DNA from: Capsulimonadaceae bacterium
GTDB taxonomy: Bacteria; Armatimonadota; Armatimonadia; Armatimonadales; Capsulimonadaceae
Assembly (NCBI GenBank): GCA_965215505.1
Contig: OZ244065.1
Coordinates: forward strand, 1,536,001 to 1,600,000
Direction of reading: 5' to 3'
Length of the DNA stretch: 64,000 nucleotides
In this document: piece after piece, positions 29,232 through 37,854 of the stretch
Position numbering within the stretch: the first letter of the stretch is position 1
How the letters are laid out: each line of letters opens with the position of its first letter
The notes under the pieces: generated by a model
Database searches by the model: none
The model's input: only the letters and a program-made list of their open reading frames with translations
Told to the model about the DNA's origin: nothing
Position numbers and translations under genes: made by a program

Positions 29232-29504
29232 TCATCTCCGTGCGGGCGTGTAACGGCCGCCGATACGGCCCACCGAGCGGTAGCCGACACGGAGGGCGTA
29301 TAGCACGGCGTCGGGGCTTTTTGCCAGAAGCCGCTCCGTCGGTTGGATGTAGTCCTGCCCCATCTCGTAGTCACCCGTATTCACGTCAACGACGAGGAAC
29401 TCACCGATATGAGCCGGCTCTACCTGTTGCTTCAGATGGCGCTCGTACCAATCTTCACCTCGCGCGGCGACTTCGCGTGAACCCAATTCTGTCTCGGATG
29501 TCAT
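29232..29504 (-). CDS. Small protein of the type paired with clan AA proteases
   Basis: ARGEDWYE...GEFLVVDVNTGDYE...LRVGY; directly upstream of the protease remnant. Confidence 0.7.
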   Translation of the reverse strand: MTSETELGSREVAARGEDWYERHLKQQVEPAHIGEFLVVDVNTGDYEMGQDYIQPTERLLAKSPDAVLYALRVGYRSVGRIGGRYTPARR

Positions 29505-29521
29505 GTCTTTGCTCCCCTGTA

Positions 29522-31819
29522 TCAATCCACCGGGTCTTCGTTCGCGCCCAATCTGTGAATGTCCATGACGTCCGAGAGCCGCTGCAAGCGGGTGATCATG
29601 GCGTTGATGTGGTCGGTGTCCACGGCATCGAAACTGATCTGCATGACGGCGGTGTGGTTCGGGTAGGAGCGCGTGCGGATGGCCTGGATGAACGTCTTGA
29701 CCTCGCTGAACAGCTTGCCGATGTCTTCCAGCAGGCCCAGCCGGTCCACAAGCTCGATCTTGATGTCGGTGGAGTAGCGCTGGTTCGGGTCCGAGGGCTT
29801 CCAGTCCACCTCGATCAGCCGTTCCGGCTCGGTCTGCTGGTAGTGGGCGACATTCGCGCAGCCGTGCCGGTGCAGGGCGATCCCCTTGCCGCGCGTCATG
29901 TAGCCTACCACCTCATCGCCCGGCACGGGCTGGCAGCACTTGGCGCGGATGATAGCGACGTCTTCCAGGTCACCCCCAACCTGGAGTTTGCCGGTATTGA
30001 CCCCCTTGCGCTCGAACGACCGCGCCTCCTCGTGCGGCGTCCCCTCTTGGGCCAGCGCCCGCAGGCGCGTGACGACCGAGCCGATGGGTGCCTCGCCGTA
30101 GCCGATGGCCGCCAGCAGGTCCTCCTGCCCGTGGGAGTTCATCTGCTCGGCGATCTTGTTCAGGATCTCCGGGGACATCAGGTGGCGGGTATCCAGGTGC
30201 AGCCGCTCCAGTTCCTTTTGCAGCAGCTCGCGGCCCCGCGTGACGTTGGAAGCGAAGCGCAGCTTGCGGAAGTATGCCTTGATCTTCGTGCGCGCGTGGC
30301 TGGTCTTGGCCGCCGCCAGCCAGTCCAGGGAGGGGTTCGCGCTGGGGCGGGACAGGATCTCGACGATGTCGCCGTTCTTGAAGTGATAGGTGAGCGGGAC
30401 GATCTTGCCGTTGACCTTGGCCCCGGCGCAGTGCAGGCCAAGGTCGGAGTGAATTCGGTAGGCGGCATCAATCGGAGTCGCGCCGACCGGGAAGTCCAGG
30501 ACGTCGCCCTTGGGGGTGAAAACAAACACCTGGTCGGTGAACAGGTCGCTGACCACCCCGCGCAGGAACTCGCCGGGTTCCTTGGCATCGGATTGCCAGT
30601 CAAAAAGCTGCTGGCGCAGCAGGGTCATCTTCTTGTCGAACCGTTTATCCGCGCCCGGACTCCGGCCCTTGCCGCCGTTTTCCTTGTACTGCCAGTGGGC
30701 GGCGATGCCAAAGTCTGCCGTCCGGTGCATGTCGGTCGTGCGGATCTGAATCTCCAGCGGCTCGCCGGTCGGCCCGATCACTTTGGTGTGGAGTGACTGG
30801 TAGCCGTTGGACTTGACCTTGGCGATGTAGTCATCGAACCGGCCCGGCAGCGGCAGCCAGACCTGATGGACGATCCCCAGGGCATGGTAGCAGTCCGCGA
30901 CGGTGGGGACGACGACGCGCAGGGCGATCAGGTCGTAGATCTCACCCAGGTCGAGCGTCTGCTTCTGCATCTTGTTGTAGATGGAATACAGGTGCTTGGG
31001 CCGCCCCTGGAAGTCCGCATGGATTCCCTCTTCGGCCAGCCGCGTTTTCAGAAGCTCCGTCGCGGTGGCGATGTCCTTCTCGCGCTGCGACCGCGTCTTG
31101 TCCAGCTTCTGCTTTATCTCGTTGTAGGCCTCGGGGTTGATGTACTTGAAGGCCAGGTCTTCGAGCTGCCACTTGATCTGCCAGATGCCCAGGCGGTGGG
31201 CGAGTGGGGCAAAGATCTGCAATGTCTCCTGAGCGACCTTCTTCTGCCGGTGTTCCGGCATGGCCGCCAGTGTCCGCATGTTGTGCAGGCGGTCGGCCAG
31301 CTTGATGACCATGACCCGCAGGTCTTTCGCCATCGCCAGCAAAATCTTACGCAGGTTCGCGGCGCTCTTGCTGGTTTCGCCGTGCCGCTTCTTGCGGGCG
31401 ATCGCCTCCGGCCCTTCGGGGGCGGCCGGCTCGGCGGCGGGCGGCGCGTCCACCCGCGCGCCAGGCTCCGCCTCGTTCCGGGCCTCGAAGTCGGCCAGCT
31501 TCAGCTTCGTGACGCCGTCCACGAGGTCGGCGATCTCCTCGCCGAACTCCTCGGCGATCTGCTCGCGCGAGACGCCGCAGTCCTCGACGACGTCATGCAG
31601 GAGGCCCGCCGCCAGCGTGGCGTCGTCCATTTCGAGTTCGGTCAGGATGGTGGCGACGGCAAGGGGGTGCGTGATGTAGGGTTCGCCGGAGCGACGGGAC
31701 TGGCCCTCGTGCTTCTCGGCGGCGTAGGCGTAGGCGCGGCGCAGCAGGTCCGCATCCACGTCGGGATGGTAGACCCGCGCCTTCTCGATCAGGGGTTCGA
31801 CCACGTCTCCGTCTGCCAT
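29522..31819 (-). CDS. rel: Bifunctional (p)ppGpp synthetase/hydrolase (long RSH)
   Basis: HEGQSRRSGEPYITHP, LLHDVVED, GRPKHLYSI, YQSLHT, EIQIRT, TGS, CCQP and ACT regions; start 31819 or further upstream. Confidence 0.96.
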   Translation of the reverse strand: MADGDVVEPLIEKARVYHPDVDADLLRRAYAYAAEKHEGQSRRSGEPYITHPLAVATILTELEMDDATLAAGLLHDVVEDCGVSREQIAEEFGEEIADLVDGVTKLKLADFEARNEAEPGARVDAPPAAEPAAPEGPEAIARKKRHGETSKSAANLRKILLAMAKDLRVMVIKLADRLHNMRTLAAMPEHRQKKVAQETLQIFAPLAHRLGIWQIKWQLEDLAFKYINPEAYNEIKQKLDKTRSQREKDIATATELLKTRLAEEGIHADFQGRPKHLYSIYNKMQKQTLDLGEIYDLIALRVVVPTVADCYHALGIVHQVWLPLPGRFDDYIAKVKSNGYQSLHTKVIGPTGEPLEIQIRTTDMHRTADFGIAAHWQYKENGGKGRSPGADKRFDKKMTLLRQQLFDWQSDAKEPGEFLRGVVSDLFTDQVFVFTPKGDVLDFPVGATPIDAAYRIHSDLGLHCAGAKVNGKIVPLTYHFKNGDIVEILSRPSANPSLDWLAAAKTSHARTKIKAYFRKLRFASNVTRGRELLQKELERLHLDTRHLMSPEILNKIAEQMNSHGQEDLLAAIGYGEAPIGSVVTRLRALAQEGTPHEEARSFERKGVNTGKLQVGGDLEDVAIIRAKCCQPVPGDEVVGYMTRGKGIALHRHGCANVAHYQQTEPERLIEVDWKPSDPNQRYSTDIKIELVDRLGLLEDIGKLFSEVKTFIQAIRTRSYPNHTAVMQISFDAVDTDHINAMITRLQRLSDVMDIHRLGANEDPVD

Positions 31820-32017
31820 CGTCGCTTTCGCCCGCATTCCGTACTGCGTCCACACCCGCGTCAGCAGCGCCGCTCCCCGATTCTTACCCAAACCCTCAGT
31901 GGTTTGTCCCACGCTTATGCTTTCGCCTTTCCGTTCCCTTGCTACGTCTACCCTTATTGTGCATTATTTAGACGATTTCTGTACGCCCTTGTTCCCTTGG
32001 CCTGATAATTTGATAAT

Positions 32018-32044
32018 AAAACGCCCCCGGCACCTGCCGGGGGC
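32018..32044 (-). terminator. Intrinsic terminator
   Basis: GCCCCCGGCA/TGCCGGGGGC stem with T-run on minus strand. Confidence 0.7.
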
Positions 32045-32054
32045 CTGCAACGCC

Positions 32055-32549
32055 TCACTCCGCGCCCTCTTTTCCCGCCGCTTCCTTCTCCTCCCGCTCC
32101 TTCTCCTCCCGCTGCTCCTTCTCGGACATTTCTACCGCCTGCTCCGGCGAGAGGATCTGGCCGCCGAAGCGCAGCTCCAGCAGCCGGGCGTCGTCCAGCA
32201 CCTTGGGATTGAGCGTGACGAACGAGGCTTTGGAGTAGATGCTAGTCAGGAAGTGGTGGAACGAGTCGCCATACTCATCGTGGTAATGCGCGCACAGACG
32301 CTTGTACTCGGCCTCGTCGCGGACCTTCTTGCTGGTGATGGCCCACGTCTTGATCTTCTCGCGCTCCTTGCTGGCGGCGCTCTGAAGCTCGACCATCAGC
32401 CCCCGGTGCTTGCGCTCGAACTCGGCCTGCGTGATGCGCCCCGACTCCAGGTTGTCGCCCAGCGCCTTCATCTTCTTGAACCACGGGTTGTCGTTCAGCG
32501 GGTGCCCGACGGGTTCGTTATCGCTGTCTTGTTCGTTCTTTTGTGCCAT
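32055..32549 (-). CDS. Hypothetical charged helical protein
   Basis: Long ORF with host-like codon usage followed by a terminator. Confidence 0.65.
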   Translation of the reverse strand: MAQKNEQDSDNEPVGHPLNDNPWFKKMKALGDNLESGRITQAEFERKHRGLMVELQSAASKEREKIKTWAITSKKVRDEAEYKRLCAHYHDEYGDSFHHFLTSIYSKASFVTLNPKVLDDARLLELRFGGQILSPEQAVEMSEKEQREEKEREEKEAAGKEGAE

Positions 32550-33048
32550 GGGAGAAGTTCCATTCCGGTTCGAGTTCAGCCCCGCAGACCGTGCAGGTGA
32601 ACTCACCCTCTTTTACGATGTTCGTCTGACCGCAGCCTTCACAAAGGCGACACAGGAAGGCCCGTGTGAAGCCATCAGGATGCGGAATGCCCACTTTATC
32701 TAAAGCCGCCGCGACCACAGGCCAGGACTCAGGTTCCGGGCAGTACCCGGTGGACTGGTTGGTAACATCAGTGACCAGAACGTCCCCGCCACCAACTTCA
32801 AACGTCATCTCTCCGGCAGAAAGTACGTCCCCACCACGGGCGCAGGCCACATGCTCGGAGTGCCGGTCTGCGATCCACAGTGAGATGTTGACATCTACAA
32901 CGAAGGTAGCAACGAAAATAAAGGCTTTTCGGGTCGGCTGTGTGCTGTTTCCCCAAGCCAAAACATCGGCTTTCTTGTTGACACGCGTTCTCCGTGTAGT
33001 GTCCCAACCAAACGCCTTCAGATCGCATGGGCCTATGTATTGGTACAC
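32518..33048 (-). CDS. Hypothetical protein with C-terminal Zn ribbon
   Basis: ADRHSEHVACARGGDVLSAGE, NQSTGYCPEPESW, CxxC...CxxC. Confidence 0.7.
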   Translation of the reverse strand: MYQYIGPCDLKAFGWDTTRRTRVNKKADVLAWGNSTQPTRKAFIFVATFVVDVNISLWIADRHSEHVACARGGDVLSAGEMTFEVGGGDVLVTDVTNQSTGYCPEPESWPVVAAALDKVGIPHPDGFTRAFLCRLCEGCGQTNIVKEGEFTCTVCGAELEPEWNFSHGTKERTRQR

Positions 33049-33052
33049 GGCA

Positions 33053-33388
33053 TCAGACCCTTATCAGTGCGTTTATTTTGGCGACTACTTCTTTCAATAC
33101 GGAGATAGGGAGGCCGCAAATGTACGTCGTGTCCCTTGTCGTCCAATCCAGACACTTGACTTGATCCGCCAGTATCACGCCATATACGGCGTATCCAAGA
33201 GGCACAGGCACCTCGAAGTTGTAGCCTTTTGCCCGCTTTGTGATTGGGCACATGACCGCAAGCCCTGTGGAGTCGTTGTACACTGAATTTGACAAAACGA
33301 GTGCAGGCCGCCGCCCGGCCTGCTCATGGCCTGATTGCGGGTCGAAATCTATCGAGATCACGTCGCCGCGCGCTGGAATGAAGGCCAT
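33053..33388 (-). CDS. mazF: MazF/PemK endoribonuclease toxin
   Basis: RGDV, FDPQSGHEQAGRRPALVLS, CPIT, ILADQVKCLDW. Confidence 0.93.
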   Translation of the reverse strand: MAFIPARGDVISIDFDPQSGHEQAGRRPALVLSNSVYNDSTGLAVMCPITKRAKGYNFEVPVPLGYAVYGVILADQVKCLDWTTRDTTYICGLPISVLKEVVAKINALIRV

Positions 33389-33393
33389 CAGCT

Positions 33394-33636
33394 TCACCAG
33401 ACCTCATTGCCGACGGGTCGCCCTGTGCTGATCTCCGGATGCCTGTTCTCCTCAGTGATGCCTTCCAGCAGCTCCTCAATAGTATAGTACGGTTCCTCTG
33501 GATCGGTCACGATGATCTTGCCGTTTTCCAGGGCGATATTCACAACGCTGTTTTCTTTCAGATCTGAAGCGGACGCCAGCATCTCAGGAACGGGGATCAT
33601 CAGTCCCTCATCCGTTTTGCGAATTTGTACTTGCAT
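33394..33636 (-). CDS. mazE: MazE/AbrB-type antitoxin
   Basis: YTIEELLEGITEENRHPEI...PVGNEVW; own TATAAT (33657-33662) and GAGGAG RBS. Confidence 0.9.
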   Translation of the reverse strand: MQVQIRKTDEGLMIPVPEMLASASDLKENSVVNIALENGKIIVTDPEEPYYTIEELLEGITEENRHPEISTGRPVGNEVW

Positions 33637-33740
33637 GGGTCATTCTCCTCACGTTCATTATACACATGCTTCATCGCCTTTCGGTTTAACAATAGGCTTG
33701 CCAGAGCAAGGGCATTGCCGGACCAGCACCCAATAACGAA

Positions 33741-33765
33741 ACGCCCGCTCCAATGGAGCGGGCGT
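33741..33765 (-). terminator. Terminator downstream of csrA
   Basis: ACGCCCGCTCCA/TGGAGCGGGCGT stem. Confidence 0.7.
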
Positions 33766-33781
33766 CTTCGTGGGCCGGTCG

Positions 33782-34027
33782 CTATTTGATCTTGCCTTGC
33801 TTCGTGATCGCGTCCCCCAAGGCGTCCAGGTCGGAGGCGTCGGGCGCGGCGGAGGCGGCCCGGTTCTCCTGCTGGATTTGCAGGTAGACTTCCTTGCGGT
33901 GGACGGAAACGTCGCGCGGGGCGGTGACGCCCAGACGGACCTGATCCCCACGGACCTCGATGACCGTGATCTCGATCTCGTCGCCGATCTTGATGCTCTG
34001 GTTTAATCTTCGTGTCAGAACTAACAT
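33782..34027 (-). CDS. csrA: Carbon storage regulator CsrA
   Basis: [16 protein letters not shown]...[19 protein letters not shown]. Confidence 0.96.
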   Translation of the reverse strand: MLVLTRRLNQSIKIGDEIEITVIEVRGDQVRLGVTAPRDVSVHRKEVYLQIQQENRAASAAPDASDLDALGDAITKQGKIK

Positions 34028-34087
34028 TTGGCCCTCCCTGGCACGACGCGGCGGAACGATTACCGTGGCGCATGCAAGTGATACGCC

Positions 34088-34117
34088 ATTTTACTGTTTA
34101 TTCTTTCCCATTGTCAA
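34088..34117 (-). promoter_or_regulatory. Sigma70-type promoter for csrA
   Basis: TTGACA-N18-TAAAAT. Confidence 0.6.
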
Positions 34118-34144
34118 GGGGAAGTCTAAAGTTTATCGGCAGAC

Positions 34145-34615
34145 CTACTCGCCCGGCAGCAGGCGGTGGCGCAGGCCGTACTGGTCCGTGTTCAGGACCA
34201 CCTGCTTCGCCACGCGCGCGCGGGTGTTCACCACGACCGGGGCCATCAGGTTCGCCGTGATGCCGGCGGGGTCCCCCGAGGGGATGGTCAGCAGCGAATA
34301 CAGGCGGGGCCGGGCGGCCTCCTCGCCCTCCTCCTTACCGATCAGGGCCAGCGCCTCCATCTCGGCGCGCGGGACGCGCGGGGCATAATCGGGGAAGGCT
34401 TGGTGCGGCTCCATCGCGAGGAACGCCAGGCCGCCGTCTTCCAGGGACTGGAGCCAGACGAACGGGCTGCCCTTGCCGCCCTCCGCCGTGTGGTGCGGGA
34501 CGAGGGTGAACCGCCGGTGGTCCTCGAAGCCGGGCAGCCCGTCCGGGAAGGTGAGGACCTTGCGCTCCTCCACGTCGAGGGCGCCGAAGCGGGTGGTTTC
34601 GATATGCATGAACAT
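34145..34615 (-). CDS. fliW: Flagellar assembly factor FliW
   Basis: ETTRFG, FPDGLPGFE, WLQSL, TANLMAPVVVN; precedes csrA. Confidence 0.93.
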   Translation of the reverse strand: MFMHIETTRFGALDVEERKVLTFPDGLPGFEDHRRFTLVPHHTAEGGKGSPFVWLQSLEDGGLAFLAMEPHQAFPDYAPRVPRAEMEALALIGKEEGEEAARPRLYSLLTIPSGDPAGITANLMAPVVVNTRARVAKQVVLNTDQYGLRHRLLPGE

Positions 34616-34630
34616 GATTACTCCTGGGTG

Positions 34631-34664
34631 GGTCCGATGCCGATTCTGGTCCGATGCCGATTCT
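34631..34664. repeat. 17-bp tandem duplication at the flgL stop
   Basis: GGTCCGATGCCGATTCT x2. Confidence 0.85.
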
Positions 34665-35547
34665 AGTGCAGATAGTCCGCGAGGCTGTACTGGGTCGCCT
34701 TGGCGGTGGTCGCGAGCGAGGCCTGATAAACATTCTGGGCGCCCTGGAGCTGCACATAGGCCGTGGCCAGGTCTACGTCCTCGATGTTCGAGATCGCGGC
34801 CTGATATCCGGTCTGCGCCTGCGTCAACTGCCGTTTGACGGAATCGGCCTCGGTACTCTTGGCCCCCACGGTCGCCTGGGCGGTGCTGATCGAAGTCAGC
34901 CCCGAGTCCACCTGCGCGATGTCGCCGGAGAGGCTGGTGAAGGCACCCGCCGTCCCTGCGGCGGCGGCCGTGAGGTGCTGCTTCAGCGACTGGAGCGCGG
35001 CGAAAGTGGGGCCGAAGACGGCGCTCCCGACAGCGCTCGTCTGGATAGAATAGCCCGGCCCGATGGTCGCCGAGAGCGGCTGGGCGTCGCCCTGGTAGTT
35101 CTGGGACGAGTCGTAAGGGGGGGTCTTCGTCTGCGTTCCCCCGAAGACATAGGTCCCGTGCAGGTCGGTGTTGGCGAGCTGCGTGACCTGCTGGATGATG
35201 CCGTCCACCTGGCTGCTCAGGGCGCTGAGGCTGGCCGGGGACTGGCTGGAGTTTGCGGCCTGGACGGCGATCTGACGCGCCGACTGGACGACCGTGGTGA
35301 CGTTCGTTAGGGCGGCGTCGGCGGCGGACAGGTAGGACTTGGCCGAGTCGGCGTCGCGCTGGTACTGCGTGTTGTCCGCCGCCGCGCTGCGGAGCGAGAG
35401 CGACTGGGAAGCTCCGGCCGGGTCGTCCGCGAAGCTCGTGAGCTTTTTGCCGCTCGAGATCTGCCCCTGAACTGCGGTGAAGTTCTCCAGGCTGGTCTCG
35501 ATATTCTGCTGGAGGTCGCCGTACTGAAGACTGTTGGTGATCCGCAT
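34663..35547 (-). CDS. flgL: Hook-filament junction protein FlgL
   Basis: MRITN...QISSGKK...DDP, YVFGG, EDVDLA...SLADYL. Confidence 0.92.
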   Translation of the reverse strand: MRITNSLQYGDLQQNIETSLENFTAVQGQISSGKKLTSFADDPAGASQSLSLRSAAADNTQYQRDADSAKSYLSAADAALTNVTTVVQSARQIAVQAANSSQSPASLSALSSQVDGIIQQVTQLANTDLHGTYVFGGTQTKTPPYDSSQNYQGDAQPLSATIGPGYSIQTSAVGSAVFGPTFAALQSLKQHLTAAAAGTAGAFTSLSGDIAQVDSGLTSISTAQATVGAKSTEADSVKRQLTQAQTGYQAAISNIEDVDLATAYVQLQGAQNVYQASLATTAKATQYSLADYLH

Positions 35548-35584
35548 CGTGTCCTGCCTTCTCTCTTTATTCCCGATCCTCGCG

Positions 35585-35634
35585 GATTAGTTCGATGATT
35601 AGTTCGATGATTAGTTCGATGATTAGTTCGATGA
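35585..35634. repeat. 12-bp tandem repeat x4 containing the flgK stop codon
   Basis: GATTAGTTCGAT x4. Confidence 0.9.
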
Positions 35635-37026
35635 GAACAAGTTGTTAATCAGCGTCCCCACCATATCGTCCATCGTCTGCACGACGCGGGCGGAGGCCTG
35701 ATAGGCGCGCTGATATTTCAGCATGTTGACCATCTCCGAGTCGGTGGAGACGCCCGTCACCGACTCGCGCTGCTGGGTGAGCTGCGTGAGCGTCGCCCCT
35801 GCGCTGGCCGAGGCGGACGTGGCGCTCGCGGCCCGCCCGCCGGCGTCGGAGACGGTCTGCTGGTAGAAACCCTGGAGCGTCGTGTTGTAGAGCGCATCAC
35901 CCGGCGTCGTGTCCGTCTTGCTCCCCAAAGCGGCGAGCAGGGTGGCGTTGGCGGCGTCCCCCTGAGGCGGGAGCGGTGGGGCCGGGGGGACGGGCAGGGC
36001 CGCCGCCGCCAGCTTCTCCGGGTGGCCCTCCAGGGCCGGGTTGACGGCGATGGTGGAGGCCTCCTTGCCCGCCGTGACGGTGAAGAAGGCCAGACCCGTC
36101 GTCCCGTCCAGCCCCGCCCCGCCCTGGTGTACGGCGTTGACCTGGGACGCCAGCGAGGCGGCCAGCGTGTCGAGCTTCCCCTGGTAGCCGGCGACCTCGC
36201 CCTGGCCCTGGATCAGGCCGGCCAGCTCGCCCTGCTTCAAGTCGCCCTGGGCGGTCAGGCTGCCCTGTGTGACGGCGTAGGGGTTCGTCCCGACCACGAG
36301 CGCCTGATTCCCGACGGAGACGTTGACCGTGCCGTCTGAGTTGGCCGTCGTGGAGACGTTCGCCAGGGCCGAGGCCTTGTCCAGAAGCAGGTCCCGCTGG
36401 TCCAGCAGCCCGTTGACCGGGTGCCCGCCCGCGCTCTGCTGCCGGATGGTGACGTTCAGCGCGGCGATCTGGCTGCCGTAGTCGTTCAGGTTCTGCACGT
36501 CGGTGGCGATGTGCTGGGTCAGGGTGGTGCCGGCCGCCGTGAGCTGCTGCTGGACTCCTTGGAACCGCTGCGCCAGCGCATCCCCCTTTTGGACGGTCGT
36601 CGCGCGGATGCCCAGGTCGTCCGGGTTGTTGGCGAGGTCGTGGAAGCCGTTGAAGAACGCGCTCAGGGCCGAGTTCAGCCCCGTGTCCGAAGGCTCGCCG
36701 AAGGCGGCATCCACCTGGGTCAGCGCGCTCTGGAGTGTGGACTGGTAATTCTTCGCCCCGGTCGCCCCGCGCACCTGGGTGTCCAGGAACTGGTCGCGGG
36801 CGCGCTGGATGCTGCCGATCGCGACGCCCGTGCCCAGCCCTTCCCCGATTGGGACCGCGCTGTGATCGTCCGAGGCGATCGAGTCGGTCGCCACCTGATC
36901 CACCGACTGCACCGAGTAGCCCGCCGTGCCGGCGTTTGCGATGTTGTTGCCCGTGACGTCCTGGCCGACCTGTGCGGCGGCGAGGCCGGTGCGTCCGATC
37001 TCTATCCCGAAAAATGTACCCGGCAT
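35623..37026 (-). CDS. flgK: Hook-associated protein FlgK
   Basis: GNNIANAGTAGYS, LLDQRD, GVSTDSEMVNMLKYQRAYQASA. Confidence 0.93.
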   Translation of the reverse strand: MPGTFFGIEIGRTGLAAAQVGQDVTGNNIANAGTAGYSVQSVDQVATDSIASDDHSAVPIGEGLGTGVAIGSIQRARDQFLDTQVRGATGAKNYQSTLQSALTQVDAAFGEPSDTGLNSALSAFFNGFHDLANNPDDLGIRATTVQKGDALAQRFQGVQQQLTAAGTTLTQHIATDVQNLNDYGSQIAALNVTIRQQSAGGHPVNGLLDQRDLLLDKASALANVSTTANSDGTVNVSVGNQALVVGTNPYAVTQGSLTAQGDLKQGELAGLIQGQGEVAGYQGKLDTLAASLASQVNAVHQGGAGLDGTTGLAFFTVTAGKEASTIAVNPALEGHPEKLAAAALPVPPAPPLPPQGDAANATLLAALGSKTDTTPGDALYNTTLQGFYQQTVSDAGGRAASATSASASAGATLTQLTQQRESVTGVSTDSEMVNMLKYQRAYQASARVVQTMDDMVGTLINNLFSSN

Positions 37027-37054
37027 GATGAGTCCTCCCTATGGCGGGTCTGTG

Positions 37055-37525
37055 CTAGGCCCGGCGGTCGAGCATCAGGCGGCCCGTCATCCGGCCCCGC
37101 CCGCCGTAGCCGTTGTCGGCCGTGCGCCCCGCCTCCACAAAGAGGTCCAGCGTGAACGCAAGGTAATTCAATTCGTTCTGGATAAGGCCCCGGTTTGAGC
37201 GGGTCAGCGCCTGCACCCGGTCCAGAGTCCGTCGCAGGTTGTTTTCCAGTGTCGGCAAGCCGCGCAGGCTCGCCGCCGGCAGCATCTCCTTCAGGGCTGA
37301 GAGCGTGAGCGGTGCCCCCGCCTCGTCCACCAATGCGGCACGGCGCGCGTCGTCCTGCCTCTCCAGGGCGGCCAGCATCGCGCAGTGCTGCTCCTGAAGG
37401 GCCGCGAAGCGCGCCCGGTCGCAGGACAGGAGGGCCTGCTCCTGGGCCTCCAGCAGCTTGCAGTGGCGCGTTTGCAGCGCCAGCTCATCGCGCAGGACCT
37501 GCAAGATGTGTTTCACGTCGGTCAT
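37055..37525 (-). CDS. flgN: Flagellar chaperone FlgN
   Basis: Helical 156 aa upstream of flgK, ends LDRRA. Confidence 0.75.
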   Translation of the reverse strand: MTDVKHILQVLRDELALQTRHCKLLEAQEQALLSCDRARFAALQEQHCAMLAALERQDDARRAALVDEAGAPLTLSALKEMLPAASLRGLPTLENNLRRTLDRVQALTRSNRGLIQNELNYLAFTLDLFVEAGRTADNGYGGRGRMTGRLMLDRRA

Positions 37526-37530
37526 TGTCT

Positions 37531-37854
37531 TTAGGCCTTCTTGTCGGTCTGCACCCCGGCGGGCGGGACGCTGCCCCCGAGCGACGGCGCGAGCTGGTCG
37601 TACATCATCTTCGCGATGCCGACGTCGCCCCGCTTGGACATCGAATCGGTCAGGCTCTGGTCCATCATGTCCCGGAACGTCGCCTGGCCGTTGCCCTGGT
37701 CGCCGAGCAGCTTATCGTCGGGGACGGTCTTCCGCATCTCCTTGAGAAGCTCATGCAGGAAGTATCCTTCGAACTGTTGCGTTGCCTTCTGGAGGTCCAG
37801 GTGCTTCTTGTCCAGCGCGGGCGGGGCATTCGTTTCAATGCGGAGCATGGTCAC
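37531..37854 (-). CDS. flgJ: Short rod-binding FlgJ (no muramidase domain)
   Basis: LQKATQQFEGYF...EMRKTV...GIAKMMYDQL. Confidence 0.85.
   Translation of the reverse strand: MTMLRIETNAPPALDKKHLDLQKATQQFEGYFLHELLKEMRKTVPDDKLLGDQGNGQATFRDMMDQSLTDSMSKRGDVGIAKMMYDQLAPSLGGSVPPAGVQTDKKA

Noticed and set aside
35585-35634. Possible CRISPR array
   Set aside because: 12-bp units are directly adjacent with no spacers, and there are no cas genes; simple tandem repeat.
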